Positions 49,405 through 58,325 of a stretch of DNA of 64,000 nt are shown piece after piece; position 1 is the first letter of the stretch, and every line of letters starts with the position of its first letter. Source of the stretch: Candidatus Poribacteria bacterium (GTDB lineage Bacteria > Poribacteria > WGA-4E > PCPOR2b). The notes under the pieces are model-generated. The model was given only the letters and a program-made list of their open reading frames with translations. It searched no databases and was not told the origin of the DNA. The translations under genes were made by a program, and so were the position numbers. The DNA is taken from assembly GCA_965198175.1 (NCBI GenBank), contig OZ240245.1, forward strand, positions 928,001-992,000, in the 5' to 3' direction.

Positions 49405-50202
49405 ATGAACGCAACAGGACAACGAACTATGAAATATCAGAACCCGCCCATCAATGAAATTGTTTGCGGTATCCTTTTCGATTCAATAAAGGGATTACAA
49501 ACGGGACATTTCGGCATACTTTGGGAGAAATTCAGACCTGATTTTTCTGGAATTGAAGATCAGAACCCGCTCGCTCCGATATCGGAAGAAGATTTGAATA
49601 ATCAGACTAAACTTCCACTGCCTCGAGTTTGGTTCGTACACAAAGACGAAAACGAAATCATTCAAATGCAGTTCAATCGTTTCTTGCATAATTGGCGCAG
49701 AAGAAGACCCAATGATGAATATCCGGGCTATGAAACAGTCATAGAAAGCTTTGAGAATTATCTGTCTCGTTTTCAGGAGTTTCTCGCCGAGGAAAAGTTG
49801 GGAGATCTCGTACCAACTCGATATGAGATAACATATATCGACCACATATTAGAAAATGAAGGTTGGGAGACTCTTAATAATCTAGAAAAAGTCTTTCCTA
49901 GTTTTACCTCACTAATGGACCAGAGTATACTTTCAACCGATGTAAGAGAGATTGACTGGCAGATGGTGTTCGGGCTCCCGAATGATCTTGGGCAATTACA
50001 GTTGTCAATTCGAAGTGCTCGACGAGTCTTCGACAACCGTCTGCTTCTTCGTGTTGAATTCACCGCACATAGCAGCCAACCGTATGAACCGATGCGAAAT
50101 TGGTTTAATTCTACTCATGAGGTAATTCTAGAACTTTTCTCCAATCTAATAAGTGAGGAAATTCAAGAACAGTTCTGGGGGAGAAAGTCATGCCCGCCGT
50201 AA
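49405..50202 (+). CDS. TIGR04255-like protein
   Basis: Y.NPPINEIVCGILF, PRVWF....EIIQMQ.NRF.HNWRR....YP.Y, EITYIDHI, W....HE....LF..LI. Confidence 0.75.
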   Translation: MNATGQRTMKYQNPPINEIVCGILFDSIKGLQTGHFGILWEKFRPDFSGIEDQNPLAPISEEDLNNQTKLPLPRVWFVHKDENEIIQMQFNRFLHNWRRRRPNDEYPGYETVIESFENYLSRFQEFLAEEKLGDLVPTRYEITYIDHILENEGWETLNNLEKVFPSFTSLMDQSILSTDVREIDWQMVFGLPNDLGQLQLSIRSARRVFDNRLLLRVEFTAHSSQPYEPMRNWFNSTHEVILELFSNLISEEIQEQFWGRKSCPP

Positions 50203-50873
50203 GCAACGCAGCTACCAACGACCGAGACATTGCGTACTATCCATTGTCCTTGGAAGAAGACATGGAACCCAAACTTTTTGAAAAGGACAAAGGGGCATCG
50301 GTCAGACTCAAGTATGGAATTTGGTTTGGAATCGATCAAGAAGATATCAGTGGCGAAGAGGGCATTCAAAGACGTGAGCTATTAGCTCAATTTGATGCCA
50401 GAGTCCAATGGAAAACCAGCAGGGCATTCTATACTCTTTCTTCGAGGACAGAATCTCCAATTACCGATGTGGGTTTGGAGCGCATTGACAAGAATACCCT
50501 CTTGGACTTCCAAAGACGTCAGATATCAGAGCAATTTGATGTTATTGCTCAACGGGAAGACAACTGGGATGAGTATGAATCGAAAAAGCCAAACAAATTA
50601 AGCTTTAATCACGCAAAGCACTTCATGGAAGTATTTCTTGATACCGTCGTTTCTGAAGGATATTCGTGGCTCACACCGTTAATTTCCAGCGATGAGGACG
50701 GCAATATATCTGTAGAATGGTACGGGGAAGAACGTCAACTACATCTTCAAATCGAAGCAAATGCAGTGGTGTATATTCAGGTGTGGGGACCGAATATTGA
50801 GACCGAGATGAACGTAGACGTGCTTCACAGGAAGGACTATCTCACGATTTGGAAATGGTTACTTTATGGATAA
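50190..50873 (+). CDS. Hypothetical protein (middle gene of module)
   Basis: Overlaps both neighbours; C-terminal DNWDEY...P...P.ISSDEDGNISVEW motif. Confidence 0.7.
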   Translation: MPAVSNAATNDRDIAYYPLSLEEDMEPKLFEKDKGASVRLKYGIWFGIDQEDISGEEGIQRRELLAQFDARVQWKTSRAFYTLSSRTESPITDVGLERIDKNTLLDFQRRQISEQFDVIAQREDNWDEYESKKPNKLSFNHAKHFMEVFLDTVVSEGYSWLTPLISSDEDGNISVEWYGEERQLHLQIEANAVVYIQVWGPNIETEMNVDVLHRKDYLTIWKWLLYG

Positions 50874-51324
50874 AAATGACTACGTGAGAGATAATGAAGA
50901 ACTATATCGCAGCATACGAGCCAAATTAGAAGAAAAAGAGTATATTCTCAACGAAGGAAAGCTTAGAATTCTTCCTAACGCTTTTAGTGATAAGCATCGA
51001 AAGCCCTCCGTAGACAGAGCAAAACTTAGAGACAATCCCTCTCTTTCTCGGTTAAATGAAACCGATGGCATTGTTAGCCTGATAGCTGGTGATGTTCGCG
51101 CATTAGCGGCGGTAGAAACAAAAACCGAAGACAAAGGGATTGTTCACGCCGTGGATGTTATCTATGACCCTACTCCAGAAAATCCTGCCCATTCACACAT
51201 TGCCATAACTCCTGAATTCTTTGGATCAACAAACAAGCAAAAGTACGCATTTCGCTTACTAAGGATTGCTCTCGCCGAGCTTGCCACGAAAAACGGATGG
51301 ACATTACGACCCGGGGGAGAGTAA
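50866..51324 (+). CDS. Hypothetical protein, possible ADP-ribosyltransferase-fold toxin
   Basis: EELYR...AF...PSVDR...DP..ENPAHSHI pattern. Confidence 0.55.
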   Translation: MDKNDYVRDNEELYRSIRAKLEEKEYILNEGKLRILPNAFSDKHRKPSVDRAKLRDNPSLSRLNETDGIVSLIAGDVRALAAVETKTEDKGIVHAVDVIYDPTPENPAHSHIAITPEFFGSTNKQKYAFRLLRIALAELATKNGWTLRPGGE

Positions 51325-51546
51325 GCATAACAATCCCTAGTCCAAATAGTTCGCTTCTGAACCGACGCATTCCGCCAACATCCCAGCACTGGGATTCGCC
51401 CGTCAAGCCATACCGCCATCCCATCAACAACTTTCTTTTACACCGTCTTTGCATTTCGGAGTACCGCGGAATGCAGGAAACCTTTCGTCCCTTGGCTCAC
51501 ATCAGCAAGCGGCGTGCGCCTTTTCGCTTCTGACTTTACAATCAGA

Positions 51547-51918
51547 TTATCGCCGGATTGTAAAGCTCCCAAACTTATCAGCCGTCCCGACACGCCCGGT
51601 ATGACCATCGGTAAAGAGAAACGCCCTCGTTTGGCCATCTTTGCCAACGGCAGCGACGCGTCCCCCAGTTTCTCCTATGCGGAGAGATGCCTCCGAATGC
51701 CCATTCTTGCCATGCGCCGTGACAACCCCACCCTGCTCATCCGTGGTGATTGTCACTCGCACTGTCCCTTCCGCATCAACGACCTCTAACCTAGAACACT
51801 GTATCGTTTCCATCGCTTTTTGCGCTGTTACTGGCGACAACAGCATCCCGATGACGGCACATAGGAGGCCGAATGTTGCATAGACCAACTTAATTTGCCA
51901 GTGCTGACTGCTAAACAT
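51547..51918 (-). CDS. VTAQ-family beta-repeat protein, copy 2
   Basis: RBS GGAGGT; SPVTAQ...IQCSRLEVVD; GG.V...GK.G repeats. Confidence 0.75.
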   Translation of the reverse strand: MFSSQHWQIKLVYATFGLLCAVIGMLLSPVTAQKAMETIQCSRLEVVDAEGTVRVTITTDEQGGVVTAHGKNGHSEASLRIGETGGRVAAVGKDGQTRAFLFTDGHTGRVGTADKFGSFTIRR

Positions 51919-52039
51919 TGTGTTACCTCCTCTATTTCTGTTAGAGATTAAAACCTAAAAAACTTCTCAGTACCAGACGCCTGCGACCAGTGAGTACGTC
52001 TTTACTGACCACTCGCCCCTAACCACTAGCCACTGCTTT

Positions 52040-52729
52040 TTACTGCCGATACCCGTTTTTATCCCATGTAGCCATAACACCGTTGCCATATTCATTGATA
52101 CTCACAGCCGCGCGGCTTTTGCCGTCTACTTTGCCAAAGACGTCTAACCGCCCCCCGTTTTCGTCCGTCTTAAGTTGAGCCGCACCTATTTCCTTCCCGT
52201 AGTCATATCTACGGACGCTTATCAAACCGCTTTCTCCGTCGTCAGTTACTCCTATTGATGCGAGAAGTTTCTTAGGGTTCGACCCATAGATGGACACATA
52301 TCCACCGTTTTCGGTCGCGGAAATACTGGTCCATGCGCCGTTTTTATGCCAAACTGCACAACTTCCTGTGCCCTCCTCTGAAGTCCGTAGCATAGCGCTC
52401 ACGTGGGCGTCACCAACTTTCTCATTACTGAACATGATTAGTTTGCCGCCATGTAGGTCCACGGTGAGTTTGGCACCACCACGGTTGTCGTTTGCACCGT
52501 AAAGGTATAGGAGTCCGCCGTGTTCATCGGTCTCGAGTTTGGCGGTTGTTTTCCCGGTTAAGGCATCAATCAAAGTTAGCTTGGTACATTCAATATCCCC
52601 GAACTTGTCTCTCTGCGCCGTGACCGACGGCAACATTCCGAATGCAAACAGCATCCCGATAATCGTGAAAACACTACCCAACGCCATTAATCCCGCTTTT
52701 TGCTTCCAACTGCCAGTGTTAAACATCAA
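52040..52729 (-). CDS. VTAQ-family beta-repeat protein, copy 3
   Basis: RBS GGAGG; VTAQRDKFGDIECTKLTLID; ~22-aa E.GG.L..Y repeats. Confidence 0.75.
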   Translation of the reverse strand: MMFNTGSWKQKAGLMALGSVFTIIGMLFAFGMLPSVTAQRDKFGDIECTKLTLIDALTGKTTAKLETDEHGGLLYLYGANDNRGGAKLTVDLHGGKLIMFSNEKVGDAHVSAMLRTSEEGTGSCAVWHKNGAWTSISATENGGYVSIYGSNPKKLLASIGVTDDGESGLISVRRYDYGKEIGAAQLKTDENGGRLDVFGKVDGKSRAAVSINEYGNGVMATWDKNGYRQ

Positions 52730-52801
52730 TAACCCTCCATTTTGCTGTCAGAGATTAAAACCTCAAAATCATTTCAGTAACTAGTCGAGATTGGTTAGCT
52801 T

Positions 52802-53410
52802 TCACTCTCCACTCGTCACTGCATTTATCGGTTCAACGCGAATCGATTTTGGTGAGGTCGGACAGTGATACTGACACACGCCGCACCCGACGCAGCCCGG
52901 CGACATCACCTCTATCCGATCCTGAGCGTCTATCCGTATCGCTTCGTTGCCGATTGGACAACTGTCGACGCAGTCGCGGCAGTTGATTGATTCTGTGCGA
53001 AGACACGATTCATAATTGACAACCGCTAACCCAATCTGAATCTCGTTGACCGACAGTTTTTGCAGCGCCCCGCTTGGACATACGTTCATACATTCGAGTG
53101 TTTCGCAGACCACACACGGTTGATAGTCTGGATCGATGTAGGGGGTTCCAGCCAGATCGGGGTCGTGTCGATGGATGGGTAGGATTGCTTGAGCGGGGCA
53201 ACTGTTGACGCACGCTCCGCTGCGCACGCAGGTATCCAAGAACTCATCTTCAGGAAGTGCCCCTGGGGGGCGCAGCAATGCTTTCTCGGTGGGGATATAC
53301 GCGCCAATCTGAGCATCGACGTATTCTGCGACCGGCTGTGCAAGTCTTGAAATCGCCTCCCGAAAAAAGGATCGTCTGGTGTGTGCCGATGAATCGTCCG
53401 ATTTTGCCAT
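52802..53410 (-). CDS. NapG/MauM-family 4Fe-4S ferredoxin
   Basis: TRRSFF, LRPPGA..E..FL..C, multiple CxxCxxxCP motifs; first motif reads CVRSGAC. Confidence 0.87.
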   Translation of the reverse strand: MAKSDDSSAHTRRSFFREAISRLAQPVAEYVDAQIGAYIPTEKALLRPPGALPEDEFLDTCVRSGACVNSCPAQAILPIHRHDPDLAGTPYIDPDYQPCVVCETLECMNVCPSGALQKLSVNEIQIGLAVVNYESCLRTESINCRDCVDSCPIGNEAIRIDAQDRIEVMSPGCVGCGVCQYHCPTSPKSIRVEPINAVTSGE

Positions 53411-53625
53411 TTGAGTTTAGCCTCATTGAAATTCTATCGCAACGCATTGGGTACATCTATCCTTCAGTCACAAACTGATGTCGAATCCTTCCTTTTACTG
53501 GAGTCACTCAACCGCTTTATCTACCAACGAGTCATCCATGGCTCCGTTGTCAATTTTGGCAAAGGTGCACGACGATGTCAAGGAGAAAATGCCTTCATTA
53601 GTTGAGGGCAAGTATGGGATTTTCA

Positions 53626-53654
53626 TTGACAAAACGGATCGCTCACATTACAAT
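53626..53654 (+). promoter_or_regulatory. Sigma70 promoter TTGACA-17-TACAAT
   Basis: Near-perfect consensus upstream of the cytochrome gene. Confidence 0.7.
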
Positions 53655-53791
53655 GGATAAGTTAGCCGACGTTGTCGTGACAACAACGCTCATGTGAGAA
53701 TCTAATCCGCTGGATGCTTACGGATTGGCTCCGCGCGAGGTTGCGACGTTCGTAGGCGAGCGATTGAGCAACTCAAAATCCAAACAACGAT

Positions 53792-54385
53792 ATGGAGGCA
53801 AATATCATAGTACGACAAAATTATTATTGGATAAAGTTCATAATTGCACTGATTCTAGTCGGATCTGCGGTCTTTCTCTCCTGTGGAGACGAGGGCGAAC
53901 CGCTAACACCCATGACAGATGGCGAGATGCTACCTGATGACGGAGATCAAGACACAGACGACATGGTGGCGGAACAACCGGAGGCTCTCCCTGGGCTCCC
54001 TGACTATACCGCCGGATTTGAGACTTGGCTCAAGATGAACGCGGAGCCAATTGTGGGTGGATCGCCTGCACATTTCGGCACGAAGGATATCCTTGTCAAT
54101 CAGGAACGCGCTGCCATCGCTCCGGACGGAGAGCAGAAGTTCCCTTATCCAGATGGGAGTATCATTGTTAAGCCCGTGTTCCGCTCCGACGATGACTTCA
54201 TCGGCATCTTCGCGGTCATGCAAAAAGAAGCAGGAAGTAATCCTGCCGCCAACGACTGGACGTTCATCGAATACGCGCGCCGCGATAAAGATGCCGCATT
54301 TTCGGTGCTTGCAAAAGGTAAGCTCTGCGAAAGCTGTCATTCGGCTGTCCAAGACACGGATTATGTGTATCAGCGGCTCGAGTAA
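53792..54385 (+). CDS. Cytochrome P460/c'-beta family lipoprotein
   Basis: Lipobox FLSC; YPDGSIIVK, AVMQK, DWTF.EY, C-terminal CESCH..V...DYVY. Confidence 0.8.
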   Translation: MEANIIVRQNYYWIKFIIALILVGSAVFLSCGDEGEPLTPMTDGEMLPDDGDQDTDDMVAEQPEALPGLPDYTAGFETWLKMNAEPIVGGSPAHFGTKDILVNQERAAIAPDGEQKFPYPDGSIIVKPVFRSDDDFIGIFAVMQKEAGSNPAANDWTFIEYARRDKDAAFSVLAKGKLCESCHSAVQDTDYVYQRLE

Positions 54386-54494
54386 TTGAAGACAAGCCCG
54401 CGATTCTGGCGAATGGAGAGAGAGAAAGGTCCTTCCCAAAAAATGCACCATTCTACCGACGTGAATTGTCGATTGTGGATGGAATTGGAAAAAA

Positions 54495-55829
54495 ATGCCT
54501 ACAGCAGCGCTTATCACCTTCGGATGCAAGGTCAACCAATATGATACACAGTCAATGCAAGAAACCGTGCAGCGCAACGGTTACACCGTCGTTGATGAAA
54601 ATGAATCTGCAGACATCTACTTTATCAATACCTGCACCGTGACCCACATCGCAGACCAAAAAGGACGTCAGGCTATTCGCCGCGCCATCCGAAAGAACCC
54701 TAATGCCAAGGTGCTTGTCACGGGCTGCTACGCCGAAAGCGATCGAGAGGCGATCGCAAATATACCCGGCGTATCGCTTGTATTCGGAAACCGCGAAAAA
54801 GCCAATCTTCAAGAATATCTGGATGGGATTCATGCCGATGAGGTGACTGAGGGTGATTCGCCGCTCCTACAGATTAAGCCGGTGCAGCATGACCCGATCC
54901 GTGAGCATGCGCGATTTAGTCACATGGGCGTGAGCGGTTTGACGCAACGCACACGCGCGCTCATAAAAATTCAAGATGGATGTAGCGCCTTCTGTACCTA
55001 CTGTATCATCCCATACGTCCGCGGCCGCATGACAAGCCGCCCTTTAGACAATGTCGTAAGAGAAGCAGAGCAAATCGCCGCAAACGGATACAAGGAGGTT
55101 GTCATAACGGGCGTGCACATGGGGACTTACGGAAAGGATATCCGGAGAAAATCAACGCTCGTTGATATTTTGGAGCAGGTCCACTCCATCGAAGGAATTG
55201 AACGCATCCGCTTTAGCTCGATTGAACCGATGAATTTTCCCGACGACCTCGTAGATCGGATGGTAGGTTTGCCCAAGTGCATGCCGCATTTCCATCTGCC
55301 GCTGCAATCGGGCAGTGACAAAATTCTGCGTCGGATGCGCCGCCAGTACACAACAGCTGGGTATGCACGCCTAGTTGAGAAGTTACGCCTCGCTTTCCCG
55401 GAAGTAGCCGCGACCACCGATGTCATGGTCGGTTTCCCTGGGGAGACCGATGTGGATTTTGAAGATTCACTCCAATTCGTCGAGGAGATGGGATTCAGCC
55501 AGTTGCACGTGTTTCGATATTCCCCCCGGCAAGGTACGGCAGCAGCCGAGTATCCCAATCAGACACCGCCGCACGTGTCGGCAGAGCGAAGCAAGGCTAT
55601 GATAGAACTTGGGAAGGGACTTCGGAATAAGTTCCGGCGTCGGATGTTAGGCAAGACATTGGACGTCTTAGTTGAGGACAGCAAGGAGGGTGAAAATCGT
55701 CAGTTAGCGGGATTTACAGGGAATTACCTGCGCGTCTTATTGGATTGTCCCAATTCTGCGATTAACCGTATTCTGCCGGTGAAGTTGTTGGCGTTGGATG
55801 GTGATTTTATTCAGGGAGAGGTGCTTTAG
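54495..55829 (+). CDS. mtaB: tRNA t6A37 methylthiotransferase
   Basis: TFGCKVNQYDT, INTCTVT, KIQDGCSAFCTYCIIP, RFSSIEP, TRAM-like C-terminus. Confidence 0.93.
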   Translation: MPTAALITFGCKVNQYDTQSMQETVQRNGYTVVDENESADIYFINTCTVTHIADQKGRQAIRRAIRKNPNAKVLVTGCYAESDREAIANIPGVSLVFGNREKANLQEYLDGIHADEVTEGDSPLLQIKPVQHDPIREHARFSHMGVSGLTQRTRALIKIQDGCSAFCTYCIIPYVRGRMTSRPLDNVVREAEQIAANGYKEVVITGVHMGTYGKDIRRKSTLVDILEQVHSIEGIERIRFSSIEPMNFPDDLVDRMVGLPKCMPHFHLPLQSGSDKILRRMRRQYTTAGYARLVEKLRLAFPEVAATTDVMVGFPGETDVDFEDSLQFVEEMGFSQLHVFRYSPRQGTAAAEYPNQTPPHVSAERSKAMIELGKGLRNKFRRRMLGKTLDVLVEDSKEGENRQLAGFTGNYLRVLLDCPNSAINRILPVKLLALDGDFIQGEVL

Positions 55830-56064
55830 CACTAGCATCCGAAACACGAGCTGGTTGCGGGGCGCCGCACCGCTAACAGAAATCTCAACCACGAATGGTC
55901 GGTCCCCGCGTTAATCGGCACTCTTATCTTAGTTTCACTCTCAAGTGTAACCTATCTCTACTCCTATCGTCTCACAACCACTTACACCTCAACAAGGCTA
56001 GTCTATTTGATAAGATGTTTGCTCTTGTGGCCCCGATTCGATTGTCGAACTTTCAGCGCCTACA

Positions 56065-56361
56065 CTAAGCAGAGGTCAGGCTGTTTATCCGTCGAGCAAG
56101 GCGAGACTTCTTCCGATTCGCCGTACCCTTTTTGATAACGCCCTTCTGTGCTGCTCTGTCAAGGTGACTGGCGGATTGCCGGTACAATTCCTGCACTTGC
56201 TCTAAATTTTTCTCCTCAATCACGGCTTCTGTCTTCTTCAACATGGTCCGCATAGCAGTTTTTTGTCTAAAGTTCCGCTCACGCTTCTTTGGATCGGCGC
56301 GAAGGTGTTTTAACCCAGACTTCCTTCTGAAATCAGTCTGCTTTCCCTCTCTTTGAGGCAA
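56065..56361 (-). CDS. rpsT: 30S ribosomal protein S20
   Basis: LDRAAQKGVIKKGTANRKKSRLA; TTG start with AAGGAGG. Confidence 0.93.
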   Translation of the reverse strand: MPQREGKQTDFRRKSGLKHLRADPKKRERNFRQKTAMRTMLKKTEAVIEEKNLEQVQELYRQSASHLDRAAQKGVIKKGTANRKKSRLARRINSLTSA

Positions 56362-56598
56362 TTCAAATCCCCTCCTTCCAATGTAACGATTTTCTGTGGT
56401 TAATCAAGTGACCGATTGGGCTGCGTTTTGGAATCGGCTAGAGGATTCGTATCCGCTAGCATTCCTTAAATAATAGCATAGTCTGCGTCGATTTGTCCAT
56501 GTTTCTTTAGAGATGTTTGGAAGTTTTCGAATCCTTTCCTGTTTCCGTCCATACGCGTCAAGGTTATCGCAGCAGTTTTCCCTCTAATCTTCTGTTTG

Positions 56599-58272
56599 TT
56601 ACCGAACAAGTGCCAGTTTTTTTATTCTCGAGTACGTCTCTCCGTTGACAGACGCTTCAAATTTACACACGTAAACACCGGTGGCGACCTCTCGCCCCGA
56701 GGCATTCTCGTGATTCCACCAGACTCGCCAAATGCGGGGGTCAGCGCCATCCGGTACGCCCGACTTCTGTTTTACTAAGGAACCGTCAGACGCATAGATA
56801 TAAATATGCATCGACTCCATCGGCAAATTCCCTTCGCCTCGCAATTGAGTCAACTCATCTGTCAATCGAGCGGGATTCGGAAACACCGCCGCGCTTATCC
56901 ATTCAAAATCAGGTTCAAACAGAACAGTTTGTTCAACAGAACTAGCGCCAAGCGGATACACAACTGTTGCGCGGACGAGATTTTCCCCCGGTTGCATCGT
57001 TACTTCCGCCTGATAGGTGCGGCTGGATCGGTCTATTTGAGCGAGTACATTTCCTGGGCTCAGGACGATTTCCACGGGGAAATCTGACTCGAATCTGCCC
57101 GTGATTTGGACCGGATTCTGATTAGCGACAGGGATCGAATCAATTGTAACCCTCGGAGTGGAACCACTTTGATGAGATTGACTTGCGAGACCATCCAGCG
57201 TAACTAGCACAAGTTGAGTGACTTTACGAACCAATTGCATGTTAATCTTATCAACCGTGTCGCGAAAGGTATGATAAAAAGGATTGGCTTCATAACTGGA
57301 CGAATCTCGCCTCGGTGTTGTACTTTCAGTGAAGGTAACTGCCCGATAGTCTTCCTCCCAAAACGAACGATGATCGCCTATGCTGAGTGACCCATCACGA
57401 ATCGGTCGAACCTCCAATCCAATATCGTACCATTTATTTGCTATCAGCGCCATCTCACCAATCCAGACAGACGAGTTGTCCGAGCCATCCGTGAGCACTT
57501 CGACGAGATCCGTTATCCAATTAAAGCCGATCATGTCAATATTGATGACAAGAACAATGTTTTCGCCTGCCTGTGACGCTTCTTTGGCGTGATGCCGACT
57601 CCCTTGACGCCCGATTTCTGCGCCATCAAGTGCAATGAACCGCAACTCGTGATTGTAATTAAATTGGCTTAACAGATGAGCAATCTCAAGCATCGCGGCG
57701 ACGCCGGTTGCATTGTCGTTCGCACCGGGTGCTTCTGAAATCAACGGATTCCAGTTGGCGTTGTCTCGATTGGCTATGCTGTCGTAGTGAGCGCAGAGGA
57801 TAAAGATCCGATCGCTTGTTGAACCGTGTCGTGCGGGCAGCGTCGCAACGACGTTCTTCAAGCCACGGAATTCTTCAAGTTCAATTTGCAATCGCGGCGA
57901 GCGGCGAAACTGGTTCTCAATGTACTGGGCTGCGTTATCTACAGCGTCGCGATGGTAGGAACTTCGCGTGCGATAGACAATGGGCTTGTATGATAATACA
58001 TCCGAAGGTGGAAGGCGTCCCGATTCAGGGGTTGGCGTCTGCTGGACGTTCTCCTGCAAGGTAATGATGTGCGCTTTAAGCTTCTCTGACTGGACTAAGG
58101 GTAGGATGTCATCGCCGCGATCGGCGAGGCTAGCGGTTCGTATAGATGAGATTAGGAGAATCGTGGTGCACAAAAGCGGTCTACCTTTTTCACACCAATT
58201 TCCCTTCAGTCCCCTTTTCATCGGGGCATGGAATGTTACTAGGAGAATCGTGAGTATTTGTCGGAACTTCAT
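56599..58272 (-). CDS. M28-family peptidase with Ig-like and C-terminal FlgD-like/sorting domain
   Basis: CAHYDS, PGANDNATG, DGAEIG, NIDMIG, GDHRSFW, YHT..D; VFPNP...W...N.SGREVATGVY. Confidence 0.85.
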   Translation of the reverse strand: MKFRQILTILLVTFHAPMKRGLKGNWCEKGRPLLCTTILLISSIRTASLADRGDDILPLVQSEKLKAHIITLQENVQQTPTPESGRLPPSDVLSYKPIVYRTRSSYHRDAVDNAAQYIENQFRRSPRLQIELEEFRGLKNVVATLPARHGSTSDRIFILCAHYDSIANRDNANWNPLISEAPGANDNATGVAAMLEIAHLLSQFNYNHELRFIALDGAEIGRQGSRHHAKEASQAGENIVLVINIDMIGFNWITDLVEVLTDGSDNSSVWIGEMALIANKWYDIGLEVRPIRDGSLSIGDHRSFWEEDYRAVTFTESTTPRRDSSSYEANPFYHTFRDTVDKINMQLVRKVTQLVLVTLDGLASQSHQSGSTPRVTIDSIPVANQNPVQITGRFESDFPVEIVLSPGNVLAQIDRSSRTYQAEVTMQPGENLVRATVVYPLGASSVEQTVLFEPDFEWISAAVFPNPARLTDELTQLRGEGNLPMESMHIYIYASDGSLVKQKSGVPDGADPRIWRVWWNHENASGREVATGVYVCKFEASVNGETYSRIKKLALVR

Positions 58273-58311
58273 AACTTTCAGTCCCCTTTTCATCGGGGCA
58301 TTTCCTAGCCG
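58203..58311 (-). CRISPR. Orphan two-repeat CRISPR-like unit inside the M28 gene 5' end
   Basis: 37-nt GTAACATTCCATGCCCCGATGAAAAGGGGACTGAAGG (58239-58203) and a second copy matching 26/27 nt (58301-58275), separated by 35 nt; CCCC/GGGG stem and ACTGAAAG end; no cas genes in window. Confidence 0.45.
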
Positions 58312-58325
58312 CTGGCACCTCCCCA

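Noticed and set aside
53930..54577. 215-aa minus-strand ORF and similar antisense ORFs (e.g. 7659-8231, 5160-5657, 37152-37658)
   Set aside because: Shadow frames of well-supported genes on the opposite strand.
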